Origin: Candidatus Woesebacteria bacterium
GTDB lineage: Bacteria > Patescibacteriota > Microgenomatia > UBA8517
Length of the DNA stretch: 64,000 nucleotides
NCBI GenBank assembly: GCA_963784785.1
Contig: CAWASW010000007.1
Coordinates: 66,394 to 130,393 of the forward strand
Reading direction: 5' to 3'
The notes beneath the pieces were generated by a model. The model did not search any database and was not told the origin of the DNA. It saw only the letters and a program-made list of their open reading frames with translations. Each line of letters opens with the position of its first letter. Position 1 is the stretch's first letter. Position numbers and translations under genes: made by a program. Below, piece after piece: positions 1-10,565 of the stretch.

Positions 1-25
1 TGTATCTCGTAACTTGGTTATTATA

Positions 26-1027
26 CTAAGAACCAATCTTAAATTCAATGACATCTCCGTCTTTTACCATATAGTCTCTTCCTTCGCTCCTAACCTTGCC
101 TAATTCACGGCACACTTTCCAACCATTATTGGTCACAAAATAATCAAAATCGCAAACATCAGCCTTTATGAACTTTTTAATAAAATCGGTATGAATGACA
201 CCCGCTGCCTCTTGTGCCGATATTCCGTCATTTATTGTCCAGGCTCTAACTTCTTTTTCACCTGCAGTTAGAAACGTAATAAGACCTAGAGTCTTGAATG
301 CTTTTTGAATTAATTTATCTATTGCTGGCTCTTTTACTCCTAATTCTTTTAAATATTCTTTTTGTTCCTCATCTGATAGCTCTGCAAGTTCTGCCTCAAC
401 TTTTGCACAAACAGCAACTACCTGATTCTGGTCTATTCCTAGTTCTTTTGCATAACTAATTTCTAATTCCTCACTTCTTTTAACTTCCACCTCATCTACA
501 TTTACAACAACTAAAAATGGCTTTTTTCTGAAGTACTGAAGACTTTCAGTATCTGTGTTTTTTTTGGCCGAGTGCTTTTGTTCCATCTCTTCATCTGCAA
601 GGTCTAATTCTAGTCTTAGAATCTCTAAATCACTCTTTGGATCCTTGACTCCTTGCTTGATAACATCTGGATCACTAAAGGCACGGAGTACAAAACAAAT
701 AGCGTCTACTTGTCTTATATGATTTAGGAATTTATTTCCCAACCCTTCACCTTTTGAAGCCCCTTCGATTAAGCCTGCGATATCTACAAATTCTACAGTT
801 GCAGGCACTATCGGCGGCCTACTATGTACTTTGGACTCTGTACTTTGTACTTCGGCTAGCGCATCTAGCCGATTATCAGGGACTGGAACAATTCCTACAT
901 TTGGTTCAATGGTCGCAAATGGAAAATTCGCAACATATGCCATTTGTTTTTTCAGAAGTGCATTAAACAGCGTCGACTTCCCCACATTTGGTAACCCCAC
1001 AAGACCTACTTTTAAAGATGTGCTCAT
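26..1027 (-). CDS. ychF: Obg-family ATPase YchF
   Basis: GLPNVGKST, ANFPFATIEPN, DIAGL motifs and C-terminal TGS domain (AAGVIHTDF..EGRDY.VKDGD). Confidence 0.97.
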   Translation of the reverse strand: MSTSLKVGLVGLPNVGKSTLFNALLKKQMAYVANFPFATIEPNVGIVPVPDNRLDALAEVQSTESKVHSRPPIVPATVEFVDIAGLIEGASKGEGLGNKFLNHIRQVDAICFVLRAFSDPDVIKQGVKDPKSDLEILRLELDLADEEMEQKHSAKKNTDTESLQYFRKKPFLVVVNVDEVEVKRSEELEISYAKELGIDQNQVVAVCAKVEAELAELSDEEQKEYLKELGVKEPAIDKLIQKAFKTLGLITFLTAGEKEVRAWTINDGISAQEAAGVIHTDFIKKFIKADVCDFDYFVTNNGWKVCRELGKVRSEGRDYMVKDGDVIEFKIGS

Positions 1028-1100
1028 ATGTGTAGTGTATCATTTTTATAAAAGATCCAGAAAAAAATATTTAACACATTGTTAAAAAATTTATTCATAT

Positions 1101-3071
1101 TTATAAAGAATTAGGAAGCATAAAGATGAAAACATCATCTGGATCAAAAAGCATATCTGCCGGCCAAGTGTTGATACATAATCCATTGTTATTATTGCTG
1201 AGGAACAATACTTTCTCGTCGTACTCACCTGTACCCACAGGTTTCATGCCAACAGTAACTAGTTCACCGTGTTTTTGCTGTTCCATTTGCTGCCTCAGTA
1301 TCAAACCAATTTCAGGATGTATAACCTCTAAACCGAGAGCAACTGCTCTGTCACATATTCTATCAATTGTTGGCTTTTGAGATTCAAAGCCAAGGTCCCA
1401 AGCAGAAAGAATAACCACTTTTTCCTTTAAATCCATGTTGATTTTATCAAAGTTGATTTTTGAAATTAAATTTTTAGCATCAGGATAAACATAATATTGA
1501 TTTCTGGAAACTTTCTCTTGCAAATCTTGAATTACTTTTTTACCTATTTCTATATCCTTTATTCTGACTCTTTGTGATGGAAACACTGTATATATATTTT
1601 CTATATGATACTTTGCAAGTTTATCGAAAACTCCCGGTTTTAATGTACCCACAAATACTTTTGTGTCAGGTTTTATTCCATTCAATACTTCAGCAATTTG
1701 ATTTTCACCACAATCAAAAGAAGAAGCAATGTTTTTGTATAAATCTGAATACAAATCAGTACGTATATTATCAATACGAGGATCCTTCTTGTGGCCAAAA
1801 CCCTCTATCTCATTGCCTGACTCATACAAAAATTTGACCTCATCTTTAGCTAAATCAAAATTGCCACGGACTTTTTTGTCAATTTCTGTAAGCTTTTCCA
1901 TGTCGTTAACTTTTTTGCCATATTTATCACCACCTGGCAATTTCTCATATTTTTCTTTTGCAATATCAATAAATTCAGGTTCAAGATTTTGATCGCTATT
2001 TACTCCTCTAACTTCAGCCACAGATCCATTTTCCATTCTTACTGCAACTCTAGGTAATGACAATTTATCATCAGAATCTTTCGTAAAATAAATATAGATA
2101 TTACCTTGCTTTAAATAGTTTAATGCTGTCTCTTCTCCTGCGATACACCATCCAGTGCCTCTACCTTCAAGCGATTTAACTAGCTCGTCAGCTCCAGATC
2201 TTTGGGCAAAAGTTTTCCATTCCCCCTCTGTCCCAGACATTCCCCTCTCTTTAAGAGCGGTTAGTTGTTGTTCTCTTTGTCTATCTGCCAAATTATAATA
2301 GAGTTGGCCAAACCTACCCTGATAAGCTAGTTGTCCAAAATCATCCAGTTCTCTCTTCGCATCCTCCAAAACTCTTCGTCTTTCAATTACTTCATCTTTT
2401 TTTAGTCCAGCAATTGATTTCTCTTCAAACTGAATTTCTGCTACTTTCTTAACGTGTTTATACAAATTTGACAAAACCTCTTGATTTAACTCTGGAAAAA
2501 CACCGACATAGTTTTTGTCACGCTTGGGATAGGTAGCCTTTTGTTTATCAACTGATTTTAACTCGGATATATTTTTAAGTACATAAAAACGGAACCACGT
2601 TTCGGGATACGCAGATCTTGCGTCATCAGACAACAGATAATCGGTCCAATTTATTAGACTTGCTCTTTGTTCATTTTTTATGCTTTCAATTTCTTGTTTC
2701 TTAATATCATCACTTATCTCTAAATCTCCATGTCCACGTTCTCTAAGTAACCTTAGTTGGTTTTGAAAATGATTATCGGGAACATCTTCCTTTTTAATAA
2801 TTGACTCTTCTATAAAGGCACTGACTATTTGGTCTAAACGCTCACCGCGAGCTTTTCGTTCATCTTCTGTAATATCTTTTTCAAATGCTAGTTCTTCTAC
2901 CTTTTCAAGCATTTCAATAATTTTAAATGTCCGTGCTTCGGGATTAAGTTTATTTTTTTCTGGTAGAGATAATGTTGTTACGGCTAAATCCACGGCTGCA
3001 GAGCTAGATAATTTTCCATAGAATCTATTTATAAATTGTGCTCCTATCTCGGTAGTGGACTTATCTGCCAT
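1101..3071 (-). CDS. Large hypothetical protein of a CPR-type family (GTGWCIAG...PRVAVRM...EVRG core)
   Basis: Long ORF; start placed at ATG 3071 (MADKS) just after a TATAAT box; function unknown. Confidence 0.75.
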   Translation of the reverse strand: MADKSTTEIGAQFINRFYGKLSSSAAVDLAVTTLSLPEKNKLNPEARTFKIIEMLEKVEELAFEKDITEDERKARGERLDQIVSAFIEESIIKKEDVPDNHFQNQLRLLRERGHGDLEISDDIKKQEIESIKNEQRASLINWTDYLLSDDARSAYPETWFRFYVLKNISELKSVDKQKATYPKRDKNYVGVFPELNQEVLSNLYKHVKKVAEIQFEEKSIAGLKKDEVIERRRVLEDAKRELDDFGQLAYQGRFGQLYYNLADRQREQQLTALKERGMSGTEGEWKTFAQRSGADELVKSLEGRGTGWCIAGEETALNYLKQGNIYIYFTKDSDDKLSLPRVAVRMENGSVAEVRGVNSDQNLEPEFIDIAKEKYEKLPGGDKYGKKVNDMEKLTEIDKKVRGNFDLAKDEVKFLYESGNEIEGFGHKKDPRIDNIRTDLYSDLYKNIASSFDCGENQIAEVLNGIKPDTKVFVGTLKPGVFDKLAKYHIENIYTVFPSQRVRIKDIEIGKKVIQDLQEKVSRNQYYVYPDAKNLISKINFDKINMDLKEKVVILSAWDLGFESQKPTIDRICDRAVALGLEVIHPEIGLILRQQMEQQKHGELVTVGMKPVGTGEYDEKVLFLSNNNNGLCINTWPADMLFDPDDVFIFMLPNSL

Positions 3072-3191
3072 ACTCACATTATATAGACAGTGCAATAGAT
3101 TTTACAATCCTTCCTTTATCATCCCTCTCCATCATTAATCTATCTTTATTTGGTTCTGGAATGCTTACCTTGAAGATGAAGTCAAAATTTA

Positions 3192-3512
3192 TCAAACGAT
3201 TCTTAAAGTTATAAGTTGGGACGGCGAAATGCATGTCCCAATATTCATTTCGCCAGAATCTCCATACAGCATGTTATATGGTTCATCTCCAGTGATATGA
3301 TAATGAGGATTAACAAAATTAGGAATACCTGAGTTACTTGGATAAATACGTGCTGCATGAAAATGATAGGTTAAACCGTTTTCTTCTGCATTAATCTGTG
3401 GGAGATCGACTATTACAATACCAGCATTGACGTCAGTTTCGTGTTTTTCATCAAGTAATTTAACAACATCTTGATGTGTTATTTTTAGTAGCAAATTATT
3501 AACACCGTCCAT
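3192..3512 (-). pseudogene. Truncated cupin-like gene
   Basis: Cupin motif 1 (PHYHITGDEPY) present, motif 2 absent; sequence becomes unrelated after EMNIG. Confidence 0.5.
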
Positions 3513-3553
3513 AACAAAATTATATCACTAAATTTATTTTCAATATATTATTT

Positions 3554-3808
3554 ATGTTACAATGTGTTCTTATTTTAAAAATGACACTCGAAAAGCGCTC
3601 AGAAGATAGACATTTATATTTTGAACAGTTTGATCAAAAATTAGATAAAATCTTATATGATTTATCTAAAGGTCTAACACATAGGGAAATTGCTGATTCC
3701 ATTGGGTTCAAAGAAGGTACAGTAGACAAATTATTAGGCCGAGCTCGTAACGAACAACACAAGAATACAATGGAACTTATAACAGATTTCTGTAATAGAA
3801 GTTTGTAA
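3554..3808 (+). CDS. Small LuxR/sigma-70 region 4-like HTH protein
   Basis: GLTHREIADSIGFKEGTV. Confidence 0.65.
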   Translation: MLQCVLILKMTLEKRSEDRHLYFEQFDQKLDKILYDLSKGLTHREIADSIGFKEGTVDKLLGRARNEQHKNTMELITDFCNRSL

Positions 3809-3809
3809 A

Positions 3810-5270
3810 TTATACTTCCACAATTCGGTCCAGAAGTTCATCATCCCAGTAGAGCATTTTTTGCTCTGGGAAGAGGTAAGCTTTAGTAGGCTTTAGTTCT
3901 TTCATAAATTCAGGTGCATGGGAAACTATTATCATAGTTCCCTTGTATTCCTTAAGAGCTTCTAAAATAATTCTTTGAGACATAACGTCAAGATAGGTTG
4001 TTGGTTCATCAAGAATCAGTAAGTTATTATCTTTTCCTGTAAGACAAGCAATTGAAAGCCTTGTTTTTTCTCCACCCGATAAACTCCCCACTCTTTGAAG
4101 TTGTTTATCTCCAGCAAACATGAATTTCCCCAAAAAACTTCTTGCCATTCCCTCATTCATTTTTGTTGCTTCACAAAAAGTATCCATGACTGATTTATTA
4201 AAATCAAAAGTTTCAAATTCTTGTGAATAATAACCAACTGATAGTTCATCATTTCTGTACACCTCACCACTATCTGGTTCTAACATCTTCATCAAAATTT
4301 TAATAAACGTAGATTTACCTGCTCCGTTTGATCCGATTAAGGCAATCCTCTCCCCTCTTAAAATAGTAAAGTTCACGTCTCTTAAAACTTCCAAAGATCC
4401 GTAACTTTTTTTAAGGTCTACAGTTTTTATTGGAACTTCTCCAATTCTTTTAGGTTCTGGTAGACGAATTGAAATTTTCTTTAATTCCTGTGGAACTTCT
4501 GGAAGATCTTCCCTTTCTCTTTCTACTTTACGTCTTAAAATTGATTTTGTAGCTACAGCTCTTGAATTATTATATCTTTCCTCAGTTCTCTTTAGATGTC
4601 TTGATTTAATTTCTAATTCTTTTCTTAAGTTTTCTTCTTTGTCTTTTTTAAGCCTTTCATAATCAGAGTAAGTTCCTTTATATTCTTCAATTTTTCCATT
4701 GTATGGAGTAACCGCCAAAATCTTATCAAGTGACTGATCCATCAATTCCAAATCATGGGAGATAACTATTACTGCCCCATGATAATTGGCCAAAAATCTC
4801 ATAACCCATGCTTTACCAGAGATATCCATAAAGTTGGTTGGCTCATCAAGCATCAAAATATCTGGATTTTCAAAAAGAGCACGAGCCAATGCTAACTTAG
4901 TTTTTTGTCCACCGGATAATGTTTTGGGATTTTGCTCTAGAGCCACATTTAATTCAAGACCTTTAAACATTTTGTGAATTTCAAAATCAGCAAATTGAGT
5001 TTCTGAATCAACATATTGTCTGACGGTTGACGCTTTTTCCATTTTGGCATCGTGTTTTATTTCTTGAGGAACTAAACTAATTGTTCCTTCTAGTTTTACT
5101 TTTCCAGTGTATCCATGCTCTTCGCCTCTAATGATTGAAAGTATTGTTGATTTTCCAGATCCATTTGGACCCACAAGACCTACTTTTTGACCTTTTGAGA
5201 TACGAAAATTAACCCCTGAATAAAGAGGCTTTTCTCCAAACCCAAATGTGAGATCAGTTACTTGAAGCAC
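3810..5270 (-). CDS. ABC-F family ATPase
   Basis: Two ATPase domains (GPNGSGKST/LSGGQ/DEPTN and GSNGAGKST/LSGGE/DEPT), no TM segments. Confidence 0.95.
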   Translation of the reverse strand: MLQVTDLTFGFGEKPLYSGVNFRISKGQKVGLVGPNGSGKSTILSIIRGEEHGYTGKVKLEGTISLVPQEIKHDAKMEKASTVRQYVDSETQFADFEIHKMFKGLELNVALEQNPKTLSGGQKTKLALARALFENPDILMLDEPTNFMDISGKAWVMRFLANYHGAVIVISHDLELMDQSLDKILAVTPYNGKIEEYKGTYSDYERLKKDKEENLRKELEIKSRHLKRTEERYNNSRAVATKSILRRKVEREREDLPEVPQELKKISIRLPEPKRIGEVPIKTVDLKKSYGSLEVLRDVNFTILRGERIALIGSNGAGKSTFIKILMKMLEPDSGEVYRNDELSVGYYSQEFETFDFNKSVMDTFCEATKMNEGMARSFLGKFMFAGDKQLQRVGSLSGGEKTRLSIACLTGKDNNLLILDEPTTYLDVMSQRIILEALKEYKGTMIIVSHAPEFMKELKPTKAYLFPEQKMLYWDDELLDRIVEV

Positions 5271-5299
5271 AGATGCCTATTATATCAGAACGAGGTTAA

Positions 5300-5758
5300 T
5301 TAAGCTGTGGCGAAGTTTTGGTATTTATCCAACCTGTCCACTCTTTTTACTAAATTATTAAAATCCTCCCCAGTTGGAGCATCCTCGTCAAGCGCATTAA
5401 GCTGTTTGCCTATCAAATCAGCCCTATCATTAATATCTTTGAATCCCTGCTTAGTTTCTTTTCTTAAATCACTTAAATTCAAGTTTGTATCATCAATTTT
5501 AGCACTCAGCTTTGCCTCAAATTGGTTTATTCTTGTTCCAAGTTTAGTTTCTACTTGGTTTATTCTTGTTCCAAGTTTAGTTTCTACTTGGTTTATTCTT
5601 GTTCCAAGTTTAGTTTCAACCTCACTTATTTTCCTTCCGAGTTTAGTTTCTACTTGGTTTATTCTTGTTCCAAGTTTAGTTTCAACTTGACCAATTTTCA
5701 CAACAAGATCTTTTTTCAAATCCTCAATCGCTTGAATTACCAATTTCGAATCATTCAT
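5300..5758 (-). CDS. Coiled-coil protein with 11-aa tandem repeats
   Basis: VETKLGTRINQ repeated about 5 times. Confidence 0.8.
   Translation of the reverse strand: MNDSKLVIQAIEDLKKDLVVKIGQVETKLGTRINQVETKLGRKISEVETKLGTRINQVETKLGTRINQVETKLGTRINQFEAKLSAKIDDTNLNLSDLRKETKQGFKDINDRADLIGKQLNALDEDAPTGEDFNNLVKRVDRLDKYQNFATA
5522..5686. repeat. 33-bp tandem repeat, 5 copies, coding
   Basis: Unit ttggtttattcttgttccaagtttagtttctac; fourth copy diverged. Confidence 0.95.
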
Positions 5759-5820
5759 AATTATATTATTCTCTTTTTTTAAAAGTTTTCAACATATCAA
5801 ACTATGATAATATTTATCTA

Positions 5821-6033
5821 ATGGCACATAACTATTTGAGAAAAACTACTTTTTATTTGATAAATATGGGGAATTGGAAGCTACCATTCAGTGGAATTGC
5901 TGTAATAGTAGCCATGTTAGCACTAACAGTTTATTACCTACAATTTAAAAGTAATAGAATTTTCAGACACAATATATGGCACATATTATCTGCAGGAATT
6001 TGTTACTTTTCAATCCTAACTTTCACTTCTTAA
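5821..6033 (+). pseudogene. C-terminal fragment of a membrane protein
   Basis: HNIWHILSA resembles the C-terminal His motif of CREST/hemolysin III-like proteins; N-terminal part missing. Confidence 0.4.
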
Positions 6034-6787
6034 AAAAGTTACTTAATATATAAAATCCAATTCCAACCAATACTACAATTGGGCCGGTTGGAAGGTTAAA
6101 TGACTTGGCAATTATTATTCCAAAAACTGTAGACAGCAGGCCAATAGCTATTGATAAAAGATGATAACTTCGTATGCTTCCTGCAATATTTTTTGCAGTA
6201 ACAGCTGGGATTATTACTAACGCTCCAGTTAACAAAGTCCCCAAGAATTTAACGCCCAACGCAACGACCAATCCAACCAATAATAAATAAATTAAGTTAG
6301 TTTGAGAGATGTTTACTTTTTGTGCTTTTGCTAAATCCTCTGAAACAATTCCCAACATCAACTTTTTAGAAATTAATTTTGTAATAACAAATATAGTCGC
6401 TGCTCCCGCAACAATTATCAAGCCGTCAATAAATGTAATTTTATCAATATTTCCAAATAATGCCTCAAATATCTCAGGTTCTGGAGTAAGTAATATTCCA
6501 AGTGCTAAACTAGCAGTAAAGAAAATGCCGAATAGTGCTTCTGGATATACTTCCGATCTTTCACTTAAAAACCACACGGCAATTATCGCCAAAAATAAGG
6601 CAAAAATTGCACCAAGCATTGGATTAATACCAAAAGTAAGGGCTATCGCAATACCAGGTAGAGCTACATGGGAAAGTGCGTCCCCAACTAACGACATTCT
6701 TTTTAAGACCATAAAAGATCCTAAATAGCCAGATGCCGCTCCAACTAATCCCCCAATAAGTAATAAATATATTATGTCAGTGATCAT
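6023..6787 (-). CDS. Zn/Mn ABC transporter permease (ZnuB-like)
   Basis: GDALSHVALPG, hydrophobic, LVIIPAVTA. Confidence 0.93.
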   Translation of the reverse strand: MITDIIYLLLIGGLVGAASGYLGSFMVLKRMSLVGDALSHVALPGIAIALTFGINPMLGAIFALFLAIIAVWFLSERSEVYPEALFGIFFTASLALGILLTPEPEIFEALFGNIDKITFIDGLIIVAGAATIFVITKLISKKLMLGIVSEDLAKAQKVNISQTNLIYLLLVGLVVALGVKFLGTLLTGALVIIPAVTAKNIAGSIRSYHLLSIAIGLLSTVFGIIIAKSFNLPTGPIVVLVGIGFYILSNFFKK

Positions 6788-7397
6788 GTTTTAAATGTAT
6801 AGTTTGATCAGAATATTTTTTGACAATTTCTTCATCATGAGAAATAAAGATAATTGTTAAATCATTATCTTTTTTCAAGTTTTCGAACAATTCGTAAAAA
6901 GTCTCCTCCCCTTTAATATCTACTCCGGCAGTTGGTTCATCGAGAAGTAAAACATTAGGGTCTTTTAATAAAGCATAGGCAATTAAAATTCTTTGAAGTT
7001 CTCCACCAGACAAATTACCAAGTCTAGTGTTTAGTACTCTAACATCATGATGTTCATGTTCTGCCTTTAATTTAAAACCTACTTTAATCAAGATATCTTT
7101 TACGACTTTTAAGTCGATTTCTTTGAGATTTAAAAATTCCAAAACAGTAAGAGGCAAATCTTTTGAAATTGACATTTTTTGAGGAACGTATCCAATTCTA
7201 ACGTCTTCTGCCCATTTTATCTGCCCCTCGTATTTCACAAGATTCAATAAACACTTGAACAATACAGTTTTACCTGAACCATTTGGCCCAACTATGGCAA
7301 CCGTTGTATCACGAACAACATCAAAATTTAAATCATTTAATATTTTATGATTATTGAAACTAACATTTAAATTGTTAACTGTTAATATGTTTGTCAT
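6777..7397 (-). CDS. Zn/Mn ABC transporter ATP-binding protein (ZnuC-like)
   Basis: GPNGSGKT, IGYVPQ, LSGGELQR, DEPTAGVD. Confidence 0.93.
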   Translation of the reverse strand: MTNILTVNNLNVSFNNHKILNDLNFDVVRDTTVAIVGPNGSGKTVLFKCLLNLVKYEGQIKWAEDVRIGYVPQKMSISKDLPLTVLEFLNLKEIDLKVVKDILIKVGFKLKAEHEHHDVRVLNTRLGNLSGGELQRILIAYALLKDPNVLLLDEPTAGVDIKGEETFYELFENLKKDNDLTIIFISHDEEIVKKYSDQTIHLKHDH

Positions 7398-8557
7398 ATT
7401 TTTAAAGTGTCACTTATTTTGACTTTGTATTTTATACTTCTGTAATAAGCAATAATCACCAAATTAACTAAAAATGTAGATAGCAACAATATAATCAAAT
7501 ATTGCCATCCAGCAGAAGTAAATCTTGGAAGTTCAGTCTTAGATAAGTATCCCATGATTCCTGACACAACTCCAATACTGGTAATGAGTTGCAACGATTT
7601 TATACTGTTATTTAAACTCTGATTTTCTATATCAGTTAATACTGACAAAACGTTTTTAACGTAATCTCTGGTCATGGACCAAACCTCTTTTATGTAAGTT
7701 AACGTATTTACCAAAGTCTCAAATTTATAGTCAAACACCTTTTGTAAATGTTCTTCCAATCCTAATTCGCTTGAAATCACCTGTCTAGTTTTGATGTACG
7801 ACCCCATCTGGTTTATTCTATTGTTTATAATACTGATAGTTCTATCATAACTATCAAGTTTAGATCTATTTTTGACTATTTCGCTGCCTTTAATACTTCC
7901 ACTGTCTTTAATATGAGTAATTTCTTCCCATATCGTTCTGTGTATATTCAAATATTTCTCTAACTGATCTTTGAACTCCCTAAAAAATATTTGCATCTCA
8001 ACTAAATTTGAAGCGTCCTTAAATTGAGTTTTTGTCACAGCCAAAACTATATAATTTGCAGTTTTAAAAACTGTGAATTTATCAGAATTAATTGTTGAAT
8101 AAACTTCCCCAAAAATCGATTCATCAACTTTGTAATCCTTGGGGCTCTTTGTCTGCACAACAACAACCGTCGGATGTTCAAGTTTTATATTTGCCAAAAC
8201 TTTTGGAGTTGGGGCTCCTAGAGAAAAAATATAAGATACTGCAGGATTTAATGTGTTCAAATAATAATTTTTGAGTTTCTCTCTTGATAACTCTATGTCA
8301 TCAGAGTCAAATTCAAGTAAATATAATCCATCTTCGTAATATTTTATAGATATTCCATTGCCATTCGTAGCATGTACATATTCAAGATATCCATTTTCTC
8401 TGGTACAGGTTGAGACATCTAAACTTTTTCTAAAAGCATCCAGTTGGTTCTGATCCAAAGGGAGTTTCGAAATCCCTTTATGTAAAAAGTCATATATCTC
8501 ACTTAAATGAAGTGTCGTCCGCTGATACCACCCCCCATAGAAAATCTTGTATTTCAT
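7394..8557 (-). CDS. Hypothetical protein with two C-terminal TM helices (CorA-like topology)
   Basis: Long soluble helical domain followed by 2 hydrophobic segments; translationally coupled to the metal ABC genes. Confidence 0.7.
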   Translation of the reverse strand: MKYKIFYGGWYQRTTLHLSEIYDFLHKGISKLPLDQNQLDAFRKSLDVSTCTRENGYLEYVHATNGNGISIKYYEDGLYLLEFDSDDIELSREKLKNYYLNTLNPAVSYIFSLGAPTPKVLANIKLEHPTVVVVQTKSPKDYKVDESIFGEVYSTINSDKFTVFKTANYIVLAVTKTQFKDASNLVEMQIFFREFKDQLEKYLNIHRTIWEEITHIKDSGSIKGSEIVKNRSKLDSYDRTISIINNRINQMGSYIKTRQVISSELGLEEHLQKVFDYKFETLVNTLTYIKEVWSMTRDYVKNVLSVLTDIENQSLNNSIKSLQLITSIGVVSGIMGYLSKTELPRFTSAGWQYLIILLLSTFLVNLVIIAYYRSIKYKVKISDTLKI

Positions 8558-8581
8558 AATTTAATATTATCACAAAATCTA

Positions 8582-9802
8582 CTACTCGTATCGTAATGCT
8601 TCGATTGGTTGTAGGTCACTAGCTTTTTTGGCTGGGTACCATCCAAAGACTATACCAATTATACCAGATACGCCAATTGCGAGGGCTATTGAACTTATTG
8701 AGATAGTAAATGGAAGACTCATAACTTTAGCCAAAATAAACGATATCAGTATCCCAAGTATCATACCCAAAAATCCTCCTAAAACTGTTAAAATTATGGC
8801 CTCAGTTAAAAACTGGGTTATGATAGTTTTCTTTTTGGCTCCCAAAGCTTTTCTAAGTCCTACTTCCCTAGTTCTTTCAGTAACTGTTACAAGCATGATA
8901 TTCATAATTCCAATGCCACCGACTAAAAGAGAAATTGCTGCAATTCCTGACAATAAAGATGTAAATATTCCTGTAATTGATGAAGCGGTATTTAAGATAT
9001 CCCCCTGATTCATAATTCTGAAATCTGCCTTTACTGGATCAGTTAATTTATGTCTATCTAGTAACAAATATCCAACTTGATCCTGCGCAGTAACCATTAC
9101 ATCAGCTGATTTTGCTTCAACTGAAATTGAATTTAAATAATTTTGTCCATATAAAACTTTCATTGCAGTTGTTAATGGAACGTAAACCATATCGTCTTGA
9201 TTCATAAAACCTGATCCACCTTTTTCCTTCGTAATACCAATAACCCTTAATGTCTGGCCCTCTATTCTTAGCGTTTGACCAACAACTGACGACCCTTCCC
9301 CAAACAAATCGATAACTACCTGTGGACCAATGACAACAACTTTGTTCATAGCATCAACATCATTTTGAGTAATGAAGGCACCAGTTGCCACTTCTATTTT
9401 TTTAACCTCTGCATATGCAGGAGTTACACCATAAACTTGTGTATTTGTGTTATTTTTTCCAGTTACTATCTGGCTTCTTCTAGAAATTTCTGGAGAAACT
9501 TTTGAAACAGTATTAACTGCAGCAGATGATACTATAGCTTTAGAATCTTCGTAAGTTAAAGTCGTAACAGCACCTCCGCCTCTGACATTACCTGACTGAA
9601 CGTTAGTAGGCGTTATTGTCAACAAATTACTACCAAGAGATTGGATTTGATCAGTAATTGATTTTTGTGATGCTTGCCCCAAAGAAACAAGAGCTATGAC
9701 AGAGCCGATACCGATAACAATTCCAAGAACTGCCAAAGCAGTTCTCATTTTATTTACTCTTAAAGTATTTAAAGCTTCTTCTACTATTTCTGCTACGTTC
9801 AT
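8582..9802 (-). CDS. MacB/FtsX-family ABC permease
   Basis: LLVGGIGIMNIMLVTVTERTREVGLRKALGA, PIEALRYE. Confidence 0.96.
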   Translation of the reverse strand: MNVAEIVEEALNTLRVNKMRTALAVLGIVIGIGSVIALVSLGQASQKSITDQIQSLGSNLLTITPTNVQSGNVRGGGAVTTLTYEDSKAIVSSAAVNTVSKVSPEISRRSQIVTGKNNTNTQVYGVTPAYAEVKKIEVATGAFITQNDVDAMNKVVVIGPQVVIDLFGEGSSVVGQTLRIEGQTLRVIGITKEKGGSGFMNQDDMVYVPLTTAMKVLYGQNYLNSISVEAKSADVMVTAQDQVGYLLLDRHKLTDPVKADFRIMNQGDILNTASSITGIFTSLLSGIAAISLLVGGIGIMNIMLVTVTERTREVGLRKALGAKKKTIITQFLTEAIILTVLGGFLGMILGILISFILAKVMSLPFTISISSIALAIGVSGIIGIVFGWYPAKKASDLQPIEALRYE

Positions 9803-9902
9803 ATATTAATTATCAATTTTCATTTATCAATTTACAATCAATTATCAATTCATCATTGTATCAATGAAAATTCAATGAAAATTGCAAATTGGAAATTGGA
9901 AA

Positions 9903-10565
9903 TTATTTTACTATCCTCCCATCACGAATTACTATCGTTCTATGCGCATACTCAGCAATATCTGGTTCATGTGTAATCATAATTATTGTTTTTCCTTCTT
10001 TGTTTAATTTTGTAAATATATCCATAATTTCGGCTGCCTGATTACTAGCAATGTTTCCTGTAGGTTCATCAGCTAATATTATTGCAGGATTTAAAACAAG
10101 ACTCCTTGCGATTGCCACTCTTTGTTGTTGGCCACCTGATAATTGCGCAGGAGTATTTTCAAATCTATCTGCGAGCCCGACCATAGTTAAATATTTTTTA
10201 GCAATTTCTAATCTTTTTTCTTTTGGAGTTCCTGCGTATGCCATAGGTAGCATTACATTTTTCATTGCTGAAGTTCTTGGAAGCAAATTAAAAGCTTGAA
10301 AAACAAATCCTATTTTTCTGTTTCTAATATCAGATAATTGATCGTCATCTAGATTTTCAACATTCTCCCCATCTAATACATATGAGCCCAACGACGGTTT
10401 ATCAAGAGCTCCCAAGATATGCATAAGTGTTGATTTTCCACTTCCAGAAGGGCCCATTATAGCTACAAATTCACCTCTCTTAATATCAAAAGATATATTA
10501 TCTAGTGCTTTAATTTCGATATCCCCAGTTCTGTAAATTTTTGAAACATTTTTTACTTGAATCAT
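9903..10565 (-). CDS. MacB/LolD-type ABC ATP-binding protein
   Basis: GPSGSGKST, IGFVFQAFNL, LSGGQQQRVAIAR. Confidence 0.96.
   Translation of the reverse strand: MIQVKNVSKIYRTGDIEIKALDNISFDIKRGEFVAIMGPSGSGKSTLMHILGALDKPSLGSYVLDGENVENLDDDQLSDIRNRKIGFVFQAFNLLPRTSAMKNVMLPMAYAGTPKEKRLEIAKKYLTMVGLADRFENTPAQLSGGQQQRVAIARSLVLNPAIILADEPTGNIASNQAAEIMDIFTKLNKEGKTIIMITHEPDIAEYAHRTIVIRDGRIVK

Noticed and set aside
5522-5686. CRISPR array
   Set aside because: Head-to-tail 33-bp units with no spacers, in frame within a CDS; no cas genes
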